Shown piece by piece: positions 16,532 to 24,209 of a DNA stretch of 32,000 nt. How positions within the stretch are numbered: position 1 is the first letter of the stretch; each line of letters begins with the position of its first letter. The notes under the pieces are model-generated. The model was not told the DNA's origin. It worked only from the letters and a program-made list of their open reading frames with translations, and ran no database searches. Origin of the DNA: Longivirga aurantiaca (GTDB lineage: Bacteria > Actinomycetota > Actinomycetes > S36-B12 > CAIYMF01); assembly GCF_042660085.1 (NCBI RefSeq), contig NZ_JBHSTI010000008.1:2295604-2327603 (forward strand), given 5' to 3'. The position numbers were made by a program, and so were the translations under genes.

Positions 16532-18331
16532 ATGGATCCGGCCACCACCAGCCTGCTGGTGCTCGCCGCCGTCGTCGTCCTGTTCATCTGGAACCGGCTG
16601 CCCGTCGCCGCGGTCGCCGTCCTCACGGCCCTCACGCTGTGGGCGACCGGGCTGCTCGACTACGACCAGGTGCTCGCGGGGTTCGGCGACCCGGTCGTGG
16701 TGTTCATCGCCTCGCTGTTCGTCGTGTCCGAGGCCATCGACTCGGCGGGCGTGACGAACTGGGCGGGCCAGACCCTGCTCGCGCGCATCGGCGACCGGCC
16801 GAGGGCCGCACTCGTCGCGGTGATGGCTCTCGCCGCCGTGATGAGCGCCCTCATCACCCTCAACGGCGCCGCCGCGGCCCTGCTGCCGATGGTCGTGGTG
16901 ATCGCGATGCGCCTCAAGGTGGCGCCCGCGCACATGCTGCTGCCCATGGCCTTCGCGGGGAGCTCCGGCTCGCTGCTCATCCTCACGGCCAGCCCCATCA
17001 ACGTGCTCGTGTCCGACGCGTCGTCCGACGCCGGAGCGGGCGGCTTCGGCTTCTTCGAGTTCGCCGTGGTCGGCATCCCGCTGGTGCTCGGCACCCTTGC
17101 GATCTGCGCGCTGATCGCCGAGAAGGTGCTGCCCGTCCGCGAGTCCCTCATGCTGCCGCCCGACCTCAGCCGCTACGCCAGCACCGTGCAGGACCACTAC
17201 GACCTCACCGACGGGTTCCACCGCCTGCACGTCCGCGAGCACTCCCCGCTCGTGGGTACGTCCGCGGACCGGCTCGACCTCGCGCCGTACGCCGGTGTCA
17301 CCGTGACGGCCGTGCAGGCCAGCGATGGCACGGTGAGCAGGGGCGCGCTCGAGGCGGGCGACGTCCTCGTCGTCACTGGGCCGTCGGACGTCGTGTCGCG
17401 CCTCGCCATGGACCTGGTGCTCACGGTGGCGATGCGTCCGGTCACCGACTCGACCGGCGTGCTCATCACCGACGAGATGGGCGTCGCCGAGCTCGTGGTG
17501 CCCCCGCGGTCGCCGCTCGTCGGCGAGTCCGTGTTCGCCGGGCAGCTGCGCAGCTCTGACGTCGTGATCCTCGCGATCCGGCGTCGGGGCAAGGATCTCG
17601 GCGCCGGCCCGGTCGACCTCGTCGAGGGCGACCTCCTGCTCGTGCACGGCGCCTGGTCGGCCGTGGACTCGCTCGTCGACCACCGCGACGTCGTCGTCGT
17701 GAACAGCCCGGACCTGGTCCGCCGTCAGGCCGCCCCGCTCGGCAGCCGTGCCTGGCGAGCAGTCGCCGTCCTCGCCGTGATGATCCTGCTGCTCGCGCTC
17801 GGGCTGGTGCCGGCGTCCATCGCGGGGCTCGGAGCCGCCGTCGCCATGGTCCTGCTGCGCGTGATCTCCGGGCCGCAGGCGCTGCGCTCGATCTCCTGGC
17901 AGACGGTCGTCCTCATCGGCGGCCTCATCCCGCTGTCGACCGCGATCCGCACGAGCGGCGCGGCTGACCTGCTCGCCTCGTGGCTGCTCGCCGTCGTCGG
18001 CGACGCCGGCCCGATCGTGCTGCTGCTCGCGCTCTTCGTGATGACCGCGACGCTCGGCCAGTTCATCAGCAACACCGCGACGGTGCTGATCCTGCTCCCC
18101 GTCGCGGTGGCCGCCGCGACGGAGTTCGGGGTGTCCGTGCAGCCGGTGCTCATGACGCTCGCCATCGCCGGCGCGTGCAGCTTCCTCACGCCCGTGGCGA
18201 CCCCGGCCAACATGATGGTCATGGGGCCGGGCGGCTACCGCTTCAACGACTACTGGCGGCTCGGCCTGCCCCTCCTCCTCTGGTGGCTCGTCGTCGCCCT
18301 CGTCGTCGTCCCGCTCGTCTGGCACTTCTGA
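16532..18331 (+). CDS. SLC13/DASS-type anion permease with two central TrkA-C (RCK_C) domains
   Basis: The ATG at 16532 is preceded by GAGGAGGAGG. TM-rich N- and C-halves flank two ...SPLVG.S...L......V.V.A..R.G......L..GD.L.V.G repeats. Confidence 0.8.
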   Translation: MDPATTSLLVLAAVVVLFIWNRLPVAAVAVLTALTLWATGLLDYDQVLAGFGDPVVVFIASLFVVSEAIDSAGVTNWAGQTLLARIGDRPRAALVAVMALAAVMSALITLNGAAAALLPMVVVIAMRLKVAPAHMLLPMAFAGSSGSLLILTASPINVLVSDASSDAGAGGFGFFEFAVVGIPLVLGTLAICALIAEKVLPVRESLMLPPDLSRYASTVQDHYDLTDGFHRLHVREHSPLVGTSADRLDLAPYAGVTVTAVQASDGTVSRGALEAGDVLVVTGPSDVVSRLAMDLVLTVAMRPVTDSTGVLITDEMGVAELVVPPRSPLVGESVFAGQLRSSDVVILAIRRRGKDLGAGPVDLVEGDLLLVHGAWSAVDSLVDHRDVVVVNSPDLVRRQAAPLGSRAWRAVAVLAVMILLLALGLVPASIAGLGAAVAMVLLRVISGPQALRSISWQTVVLIGGLIPLSTAIRTSGAADLLASWLLAVVGDAGPIVLLLALFVMTATLGQFISNTATVLILLPVAVAAATEFGVSVQPVLMTLAIAGACSFLTPVATPANMMVMGPGGYRFNDYWRLGLPLLLWWLVVALVVVPLVWHF

Positions 18332-18334
18332 GCC

Positions 18335-18402
18335 CCGCGAGTTACTGCCCCATTGGCCGTTGAGCGGCCGTCTTCAACGACGTTCTGGGCAGTAACTCGC
18401 GG
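18335..18402. terminator. Long compound hairpin between convergent genes (16-bp perfect outer stem)
   Basis: CCGCGAGTTACTGCCC (18335-18350) is the exact reverse complement of GGGCAGTAACTCGCGG (18387-18402). There is an inner stem CGTTGA...TCAACG. It starts 4 nt after the permease stop. Confidence 0.5.
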
Positions 18403-18457
18403 ACTCCGAGGCGCGGGGTCGGCGGCGCGGGACGGGCGGCGGGGCGGGCCGGCAGCC

Positions 18458-18994
18458 TCAGGCGACGAGGTGCAGCGTCTCGGGGTCGCGCGGTGCGATC
18501 TCGAGGATGGTGCACTCCCACGGACCGGCGGGACCGTCCACGACCACGGTGTCGCCCGCGCGCGCGCCGAGCAGCGCGGCCCCGAGCGGCGACGAGGCGC
18601 TGACGCGGTGGTCGTCGAGCATGGCCTCGATCGCCGGCACCGGCCGCACCCAGGTGCCCTCGCCGTCGACGAGGCTGATCCGGACGTAGCTGCCGAGCTC
18701 GACGACGTCGCCCGAGGGCGCCGGCAGGGTCACCGCGCGGGCGAGCAGCCGCTCGAGCCAGACCGCCTCGACGCACAGCCGCTCGAGCCGTGTCACGTCG
18801 CGCGGGTCGCGCCGCCGCTTGTCGAGCCCCGTCCGCGCCTCGGGGATGGCGACCTCGAGCAGGTGCTGCGCGCGCAGCTGCATGAGGAAGCGGCCGTCGG
18901 CCGTGAGCAGGGGGCGCTCCGCGGATCGCCGGGGGCCGGCGGACGGGCGGACGCGCGCCCCCTGGATCGGGCGGGGGCGGGTCGTGGGGTTCAT
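18458..18994 (-). CDS. GreA/GreB-family protein (Rnk-like, C-terminal FKBP-like domain)
   Basis: VELGSYVRISLVDGEGTWVRPVPAIEAMLDDHRVSASSPLGAALLGARAGDTVVVDGPAGPWECTILEI resembles the Gre C-terminal domain. The ATG at 18994 has an AGGAGG RBS. Only the last 178 codons of the 676-aa track ORF are used. Confidence 0.65.
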   Translation of the reverse strand: MNPTTRPRPIQGARVRPSAGPRRSAERPLLTADGRFLMQLRAQHLLEVAIPEARTGLDKRRRDPRDVTRLERLCVEAVWLERLLARAVTLPAPSGDVVELGSYVRISLVDGEGTWVRPVPAIEAMLDDHRVSASSPLGAALLGARAGDTVVVDGPAGPWECTILEIAPRDPETLHLVA

Positions 18995-19153
18995 GGTTCC
19001 TCCTGGCAGGGCTCGGTCGGATGGCAGCCGTGGCTGCTCCGCCGGTGGTCTCCCGCCGCCGCGGCTGGTGCCGCGACCCCTCGACCCGGGCCCTGGGGCC
19101 GTGCTGACGAGTCGAAGGTGATGGGGTACTCCCCGCCGATCAGATGCGGACAG

Positions 19154-19163
19154 TTTCCGGAAA
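19154..19163. promoter_or_regulatory. Perfect palindrome TTTCCGGAAA in a low-GC patch; candidate operator
   Basis: Flanked by GACAG (19149-19153) and CTGTC (19174-19178). It lies 67 nt upstream of the isochorismatase-pxp operon start. Confidence 0.3.
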
Positions 19164-19229
19164 TCTAAATCCTCTGTCAAGCCCGGCCGCGCAGGTCCCG
19201 CATGCGGTGCGGCCCTCCGCTGGCAGGCT

Positions 19230-19781
19230 GTGCCCGTGACCAGCGCCCTCGTCGTCATCGACGTCCAGAACGAGTACGTGACCGGTGCCCTGCCGATCGT
19301 CCACCCCCCGGTCGACGAGGCGCTCATCCGCATCGGCGAGGCGATCGACGCCGCCATCGCGGCCGGCCTCCCCGTGGTCGCGGTGCGGCACACCGAGCCC
19401 GACCCGAGCGGCGGCATCTTCGTGGCGGGCACGCCGGCGTGGGAGCTGCACGACGTCGTCGCCTCGCGGCACCACGACATGGTGATCGACAAGCAGCTTC
19501 CCGGCTCGTTCACCGGCACCCCGTTGCAGGAGTGGCTGTCCGAGCGCGGGATCGACCATGTCGTCATCGCCGGGTGGATGACGCACATGTGCGTCGACTC
19601 GACCACCCGCCAGGCGATGCATCGCGGGTTCGACGTCACCGTGCTCGTCGACGCGACCGGCACGATCGACATCGCCGACGACCTTCCCGCAGCGCTGGTC
19701 CACCGGGTCGAGCTCGGCGTGCTGGGCGACGGCTTCGCCCAGCTGCGCTCGACCGCCGACTGGGTGGCCGACCTGGCATGA
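19230..19781 (+). CDS. Isochorismatase-family cysteine hydrolase
   Basis: ALVVIDVQNEY (Asp), IDKQLPGSF (Lys) and AGWMTHMCVDST (Cys) form the family's D-K-C triad pattern. GTG start at 19230 or 19236. Confidence 0.85.
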   Translation: MPVTSALVVIDVQNEYVTGALPIVHPPVDEALIRIGEAIDAAIAAGLPVVAVRHTEPDPSGGIFVAGTPAWELHDVVASRHHDMVIDKQLPGSFTGTPLQEWLSERGIDHVVIAGWMTHMCVDSTTRQAMHRGFDVTVLVDATGTIDIADDLPAALVHRVELGVLGDGFAQLRSTADWVADLA

Positions 19782-20584
19782 CCGACCGCACCTCGGTCGC
19801 CCGCACCCTCGACCTCAACGCCGACCTGGGCGAGGGCGTCGCGACATCCGCCCTCGACGCGACCCAGGTCGATGACGCCCTCCTCGCTGTCGTCACCAGC
19901 GCCAACGTCGCATGCGGCGGCCACGCCGGCGACGCGTCGTCGATGGCTCGTGTGTGCGCCGTCGCGGTCGAGCGAGGTGTGGCGATCGGCGCCCAGGTGT
20001 CGTACGTCGACCGCGCAGGATTCGGCCGCCGGCGGCTCGACGTCGATGCACGCACGCTGCAGGCCCAGCTGCTCGAGCAGCTCGGCGAGCTGCGCACCCA
20101 CGCCCGCGCCGCGGGCGGACGCGTGGCGTACGTGAAGCCGCACGGCGCCCTCTACAACACCGCTGCGGACGACCCCGAGGTGGCGGACGCCGTCGTCTCG
20201 ACCGTGCTGGCCGACGCCGACAGCCACCGGCAGCTGCCGGTCCTCACCCTCCCCGGAAGCGCCCTGGCCCTGCGGGCGCGGGCGGCCGGGATCGAGGTGG
20301 TGGCCGAGGCCTTCGCCGACCGCGCCTACACCCGTGCCGGTCGGCTCGTCCCGAGGTCGCACGACGGTGCGGTGATCACGGACCCCGACGCGGTCGTCGC
20401 CCGCGTCCTGCGGCTCGAGAGCGACGGCCTGCTGGAGTCGGCCGATGGCCACGACATCGCCATCGACGCGCGGTCGGTGTGCCTGCACTCCGACACCGAC
20501 GGCGCGGTCGACCTCGCCCGCAGCGTGCGCCAGGCGCTGTGGGCGGCGGGCGTGGTGCTGGTGCCGTTCTCCGGCGTCCGATGA
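19778..20584 (+). CDS. pxpA: 5-oxoprolinase subunit A (LamB/YcsF family)
   Basis: LDLNADLGEG...SANVACGGHAGD...VKPHGALYN. The ATG overlaps the upstream TGA (ATGA at 19778-19781). Confidence 0.88.
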   Translation: MTDRTSVARTLDLNADLGEGVATSALDATQVDDALLAVVTSANVACGGHAGDASSMARVCAVAVERGVAIGAQVSYVDRAGFGRRRLDVDARTLQAQLLEQLGELRTHARAAGGRVAYVKPHGALYNTAADDPEVADAVVSTVLADADSHRQLPVLTLPGSALALRARAAGIEVVAEAFADRAYTRAGRLVPRSHDGAVITDPDAVVARVLRLESDGLLESADGHDIAIDARSVCLHSDTDGAVDLARSVRQALWAAGVVLVPFSGVR

Positions 20585-21195
20585 CAGCCGTCACGCGCGT
20601 CGCCCCCTGCGGCGACCTCGCGCTGCTCGCGGACTGCCAGGATCCCGCCGGGGTCGCCGCCGCCGTGCGCGCCGCAGAACTCCCCGGGGTGGTGGAGGCC
20701 GTCCCGGGCGCCGCCACGGTGCTCGTGCGCCACACCGCCGCGGCGGACCGCCCCGCCCTCGCCCGCCGCATCGCCGCGCTCGAGCCGGCTCCGCGGTCGG
20801 ACGGCGCCTCGGCCGTCGTCGTGGTGCTCGTGCGGTACGACGGAGCCGACCTCGACGACATGGCCGACCTCGTCGGGCTCAGCCGCGAGGAGGTCGTGGC
20901 CCGGCACCAGGCGTCGGAGTTCGAGGTGGCGTTCTGCGGGTTCTCCCCCGGCTTCGCGTACCTGTCCGGCCTCGACCCGCGGCTCGTCGTCCCGCGCCTG
21001 GCGACGCCGCGCACGTCGGTGCCGGCGGGCGCCGTCGCGGTGGCCGACGTGTGGTCGGCGATCTACCCGCGCGAGTCGCCCGGCGGGTGGCGCCTGCTCG
21101 GCACCACCGACGCCCCGCTCTGGGACGAGACCCGCACCCCGCCCGCCCTGCTCGCGCCCGGGACGCCGGTCCGTTTCCGCCAGGTCTCGCCATGA
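20581..21195 (+). CDS. pxpB: 5-oxoprolinase subunit B (KipI / allophanate hydrolase subunit 1 family)
   Basis: FEVAFCGFSPGFAYLSGLDPRL...IYPRESPGGWRLLG. ATGA overlap at 20581-20584. Confidence 0.88.
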   Translation: MTAVTRVAPCGDLALLADCQDPAGVAAAVRAAELPGVVEAVPGAATVLVRHTAAADRPALARRIAALEPAPRSDGASAVVVVLVRYDGADLDDMADLVGLSREEVVARHQASEFEVAFCGFSPGFAYLSGLDPRLVVPRLATPRTSVPAGAVAVADVWSAIYPRESPGGWRLLGTTDAPLWDETRTPPALLAPGTPVRFRQVSP

Positions 21196-22052
21196 TCGAG
21201 GTGGTGGCACCCGGGCCGCGCGCCCTGGTGGAGGATCTCGGCCGCCCGGGATGGGCGCAGTACGGCGTCGGCCCGTCCGGTGCGTACGACCGGGGGGCCC
21301 TTCGCCTCGCCAACCGGCTCGTCGGCAACCGCGAGGAGGCCGCCGCCGTCGAGGCGCTCGGCGGCGGCCTCGCTCTCCGCGCCCTGGTGCCCGTGGTCGT
21401 CGCGGTGACCGGGGCCGACGGCCCGGTGACCGTCACCGCGTCCGACGGAGGGGCCTACGAGGTCGGGAGGCGGGCCCCCGTGCACCTCGCGACAGGGGCG
21501 ACCCTCGCCCTCGGGCAGCCCAGCCAGGGCCTGCGCAGCTACGTCGCCGTCCGCGGGGGGCTCGCCGTACGCCGGACCTTCGCCAGCGCGTCGACCGACA
21601 CCCTGGCGGGCCTGGGCCCGGCACCGCTGGCCGCTCGCGACCGCCTCCCGCTGGGGTCGGACGGCGTGCGCCACCCGCACGTCGACCACGCCCCGCACCG
21701 GCCCTCCGGCGGGCCGCTGCGCGTCGTCCCCGGACCCCGCGACGACTGGTTCGCCGAGGGCGCGCTCGGCCTGCTGCTGGCCGCCTCGTGGACCGTGACG
21801 CCGCAGAGCGACCGCGTCGGAGTGCGCCTCGACGGCCCGCTGCTCGTGCGCCGGCCCGAGCGCGGCGAGCTGCCCAGCGAGCCCGTCGTGACGGGCGCTC
21901 TGCAGGTGCCTCCGGACGGCCGTCCGGTGCTCCTCGGCCCCGACCGTCCGACAACCGGTGGGTATCCGGTGATCGGTGTGGTCGTCGACGCCGACCTCGA
22001 CCGGGCCGCACAGCTGCGTCCTGGTGACCAGCTGCGATTTCGCTTGGCCTGA
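21192..22052 (+). CDS. pxpC: 5-oxoprolinase subunit C (KipA / allophanate hydrolase subunit 2 family)
   Basis: VEDLGRPGWAQYGVGPSGAYD...LRSYVAVRGG...DRPTTGGYPVIGVV. ATGA overlap at 21192-21195. Confidence 0.88.
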   Translation: MIEVVAPGPRALVEDLGRPGWAQYGVGPSGAYDRGALRLANRLVGNREEAAAVEALGGGLALRALVPVVVAVTGADGPVTVTASDGGAYEVGRRAPVHLATGATLALGQPSQGLRSYVAVRGGLAVRRTFASASTDTLAGLGPAPLAARDRLPLGSDGVRHPHVDHAPHRPSGGPLRVVPGPRDDWFAEGALGLLLAASWTVTPQSDRVGVRLDGPLLVRRPERGELPSEPVVTGALQVPPDGRPVLLGPDRPTTGGYPVIGVVVDADLDRAAQLRPGDQLRFRLA

Positions 22053-22059
22053 CTGGGAT

Positions 22060-22092
22060 TTCCAAGATCTGTCCAAGGTCTGTCCAAGGCAC
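22060..22092 (+). repeat. Three consecutive 11-nt direct-repeat units with a TCCAAG core
   Basis: TTCCAAGATCT (22060-22070), GTCCAAGGTCT (22071-22081), GTCCAAGGCAC (22082-22092). The patch has low GC and begins 8 nt after the pxpC stop. Confidence 0.6.
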
Positions 22093-22215
22093 GCAGAGTG
22101 ACCTCGGTCGCGACACGCCCCCGGTCGGAGCAATGCCCGAGCGTCACCACCCGAACGGGTCACCATGAATCCACCCGCACTGACGAGACTGCATATGACC
22201 GAGGAGGTGATGACC

Positions 22216-22362
22216 ATGACGACGCTCGAACGCACAGCAGGTGCAAGCGACGTGATGGAGCTGTTGCGTCAGGGAGTGCCCCTGACGTTGCTGCTGGACC
22301 TCGCCGATCCCCGCGGTCCCCGATCCCTGGAGCTCCTGCTCCTGGAGAGGGACGCCGCCTAG
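22216..22362 (+). CDS. Small hypothetical protein (48 aa from ATG 22216; alternative ATGs at 22210, 22195, 22165)
   Basis: GAGGAGG at 22201-22207 lies 8 nt before ATG 22216. Third-position GC is high but below that of neighbouring genes. The peptide MTTLERTAGASDVMELLRQGVPLTLLLDLADPRGPRSLELLLLERDAA has no recognised family. Confidence 0.4.
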   Translation: MTTLERTAGASDVMELLRQGVPLTLLLDLADPRGPRSLELLLLERDAA

Positions 22363-22468
22363 CGAGGTCACCACTCCGTCCGTCCCCCACGCCGCGGGCA
22401 CGGGCACCGAGGCCCGACGGCCGTGAACCGTCGGACCGGCCCCTGGAAGAGGGCCTCCCATAACTCAA

Positions 22469-22499
22469 TTTCATCCCCGGCTCACACCCGGTGTATCCT
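22469..22499 (+). promoter_or_regulatory. Candidate promoter for tRNA-Lys
   Basis: AT-rich patch with TTCATC (22470-22475), 18 nt, then TATCCT (22494-22499), which is 14 nt before the tRNA 5' end. Confidence 0.3.
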
Positions 22500-22512
22500 T
22501 TCCCCGCACCTT

Positions 22513-22585
22513 GCGCCGCTAGCTCAACTGGCAGAGCAGCGGACTCTTAATCCGCGGGTTGTAGGTTCAAGTCCTACGCGGCGTA
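22513..22585 (+). tRNA. tRNA-Lys (anticodon CTT); CCA not encoded
   Basis: Hand-folded cloverleaf. Acceptor GCGCCGC/GCGGCGT, D arm GCTC-AACTGGCA-GAGC, anticodon arm GCGGA-CTCTTAA-TCCGC, T arm GTAGG-TTCAAGT-CCTAC, discriminator A. Confidence 0.9.
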
Positions 22586-22593
22586 CTGGTGGA

Positions 22594-22626
22594 GAGGCCC
22601 GGTCTTCGGACCGGGCCTCTTCCTTG
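22594..22626 (+). terminator. Intrinsic terminator after tRNA-Lys
   Basis: GAGGCCCGGTC-TTCG-GACCGGGCCTC (22594-22619), followed by TTCCTTGT. Confidence 0.7.
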
Positions 22627-22784
22627 TGACCTGCGGCTTCACCCGCGTGCGACGCCGATCGCGGCCATCGCAGGAGCCGATCGCGGATCGGCCGCTCAAC
22701 GGCCGTGGTGCCCGTGCGGTTGCACAGGGCAGCGCCGACGTCGTCTGCGCCGCCCGCTGCGGCCTGGCTGGACACCGCCTGACC

Positions 22785-23210
22785 TCAGCCCGGCAGCATC
22801 CCGTAGGCGTACGTCGGGCGCACGGACAGCACGAGCCGGCGGTCGGCCACCATCGCACGGCGGTAGTCGTCCCAGTCGGAGTGCTCGCCGGACAGCGCGC
22901 GGTAGTAGTCCACGAGCGTGTCGACGGTGGCGTCGGCCGGGTCGGCGGCCACGGGCGAGAGCTCGGCCTCGCCCTCGAGCACGACGTACGACCAGAAGTC
23001 GTCGGCTGGCACGTGCAGGGAGACGCGCGGGTCGCGGGCGAGGTTCTTGGTCTTGGCCCGGTCGGCGGTGAGCGACACGCGCATCACGCCGTCGGCGTCG
23101 GTCCACTGCGAGACGTGCGAGCTCTGCGGGCGGCCGTCCTTCTTCAGCGTGATAAGCACGCAGCGCCGGTGGCCGCGGGCGTAGTCGAGCGCAGTGGCGA
23201 GATCGGTCAT
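22785..23210 (-). CDS. PPOX-class (pyridoxamine 5'-phosphate oxidase fold) probable F420-dependent protein
   Basis: CVLITLKKDGRPQSSHVSQW...KTKNLARDPRVSLHV...YVVLEGEAEL. The ATG at 23210 has GGAGG 7 nt upstream. The track ORF starts 27 codons earlier. Confidence 0.7.
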   Translation of the reverse strand: MTDLATALDYARGHRRCVLITLKKDGRPQSSHVSQWTDADGVMRVSLTADRAKTKNLARDPRVSLHVPADDFWSYVVLEGEAELSPVAADPADATVDTLVDYYRALSGEHSDWDDYRRAMVADRRLVLSVRPTYAYGMLPG

Positions 23211-23432
23211 GGGAGGGCCTCCGACGGTGATGGTCCCGCCACCGTACGGCGAGAGGCCTCCTGGCGCTGCCGGGTCGGCACGACGGCGCACGTCCCCCCA
23301 CGAGTGGAGGCCACCGCACGCTCAGCGTCCGGAGTGCCGGCTCTCAGCATCCTCATACGTTCGCCCGCCACCCTGGGCGGCGTAACGTGCGCCAGTTCCG
23401 TGCCGCGGCACGCTCGGACCGAGGAGACCACC

Positions 23433-24149
23433 ATGGACCAGGACCGCCCCGGCCTCACTCCCCCGCCGGCCGGCAGCACCCCCGGCGACCTCCCGGCAGC
23501 GCAGCCCGAGACCGGCACGACCGAGGTGCTGGCGTCCGCGCAGCGCGGCCGACGGATCGGCACCGGCGTGCTCGTCGCGGCCGTGGGCATCGCCGCGCTC
23601 GGCGTCGCCGGTGCGACGTACGCCGCAGCGTCCGACCCGTCGCCCTCGGCGTCGGGCAGGGGCTCGTCCGAGGGCCCGCCGGCGGCCCCGGGCGACGGCG
23701 ACGGCGACAGGGACGGCGACGGCGGCCACAGGGGCGACGGCCAGGGTGGCCCCGATCGTGGCGGCCATGGCCCCCGCGGCGGCTTCCCGGGCGCCGTGCA
23801 CGGCACGTTCGTGGTGCCGAACCAGGACGGCACCGGCTACCAGACCATGCAGATGCAGCACGGCACCGTCACGGCAGTCTCCGCGACCTCGATCTCGGTG
23901 ACGAGCGCGGACGGCTTCACCGCCACGTACGTCGTGGACGCCGGCACGAAGATCAACCGCGACGGCGCGATCGCCGACATCACGGCCGACGCCGACGTCA
24001 TGGTGATGGGCATCGTGGACGGCAGCACGGTCACCGCCGAGCGCGTCGTCGACACCGCGGCCTTCGGCGCGGGGGGCGAGCGCGACCACGGCGGCACAGG
24101 CCCGGGCGGCCTGAAGTCGGGAGAAGCCACCCCGAGCGCCGCCGCCTGA
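23433..24149 (+). CDS. Membrane-anchored or secreted protein with a Gly/Asp/Arg-rich linker and a C-terminal beta-rich (DUF5666-like) domain
   Basis: The ATG at 23433 follows GAGGAG. One TM/signal segment IGTGVLVAAVGIAALGVAGATYAAA. The linker is GDGDGDRDGDGGHRGDGQGGPDRGGHGPRGG. The C-terminal region GTVTAVSATSISVTSADGFTATYVVDAGTKI...VMVMGIVDGSTVTAERVV looks beta-rich. The upstream part of the track ORF is antisense to the PPOX gene. Confidence 0.6.
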   Translation: MDQDRPGLTPPPAGSTPGDLPAAQPETGTTEVLASAQRGRRIGTGVLVAAVGIAALGVAGATYAAASDPSPSASGRGSSEGPPAAPGDGDGDRDGDGGHRGDGQGGPDRGGHGPRGGFPGAVHGTFVVPNQDGTGYQTMQMQHGTVTAVSATSISVTSADGFTATYVVDAGTKINRDGAIADITADADVMVMGIVDGSTVTAERVVDTAAFGAGGERDHGGTGPGGLKSGEATPSAAA

Positions 24150-24163
24150 GGCATCCTCTAGCC

Positions 24164-24197
24164 GAGACCCCCGCGTCGCCCCCGTCGCGGGGGTCTC
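24164..24197. terminator. Bidirectional terminator hairpin
   Basis: GAGACCCCCGCG (24164-24175) pairs perfectly with CGCGGGGGTCTC (24186-24197), between convergent genes. Confidence 0.65.
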
Positions 24198-24209
24198 GCC
24201 TGTCCGGGG

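Noticed and set aside
16271-18325. 684-aa ORF on the minus strand
   Set aside because: It is antisense to the SLC13/TrkA-C permease. The translation is a highly charged Arg/Asp/Glu/His-rich product without a domain signature.
18995-20488. Upstream 498 codons of the 676-aa minus-strand ORF 18458-20488
   Set aside because: Only the last 178 codons resemble a Gre-family protein, from ATG 18994 with an AGGAGG RBS. The remainder runs antisense through the isochorismatase and pxpA genes.
22654-22690. Repeated GCCGATCGCGG (22654-22664 and 22676-22686) downstream of tRNA-Lys, considered as an att site or CRISPR-like repeat
   Set aside because: There are only two short copies and no similarity to the tRNA-Lys 3' end. 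No further periodicity and no associated genes are present. This is most likely chance GC-rich repetition in the PPOX gene's 3' flank.
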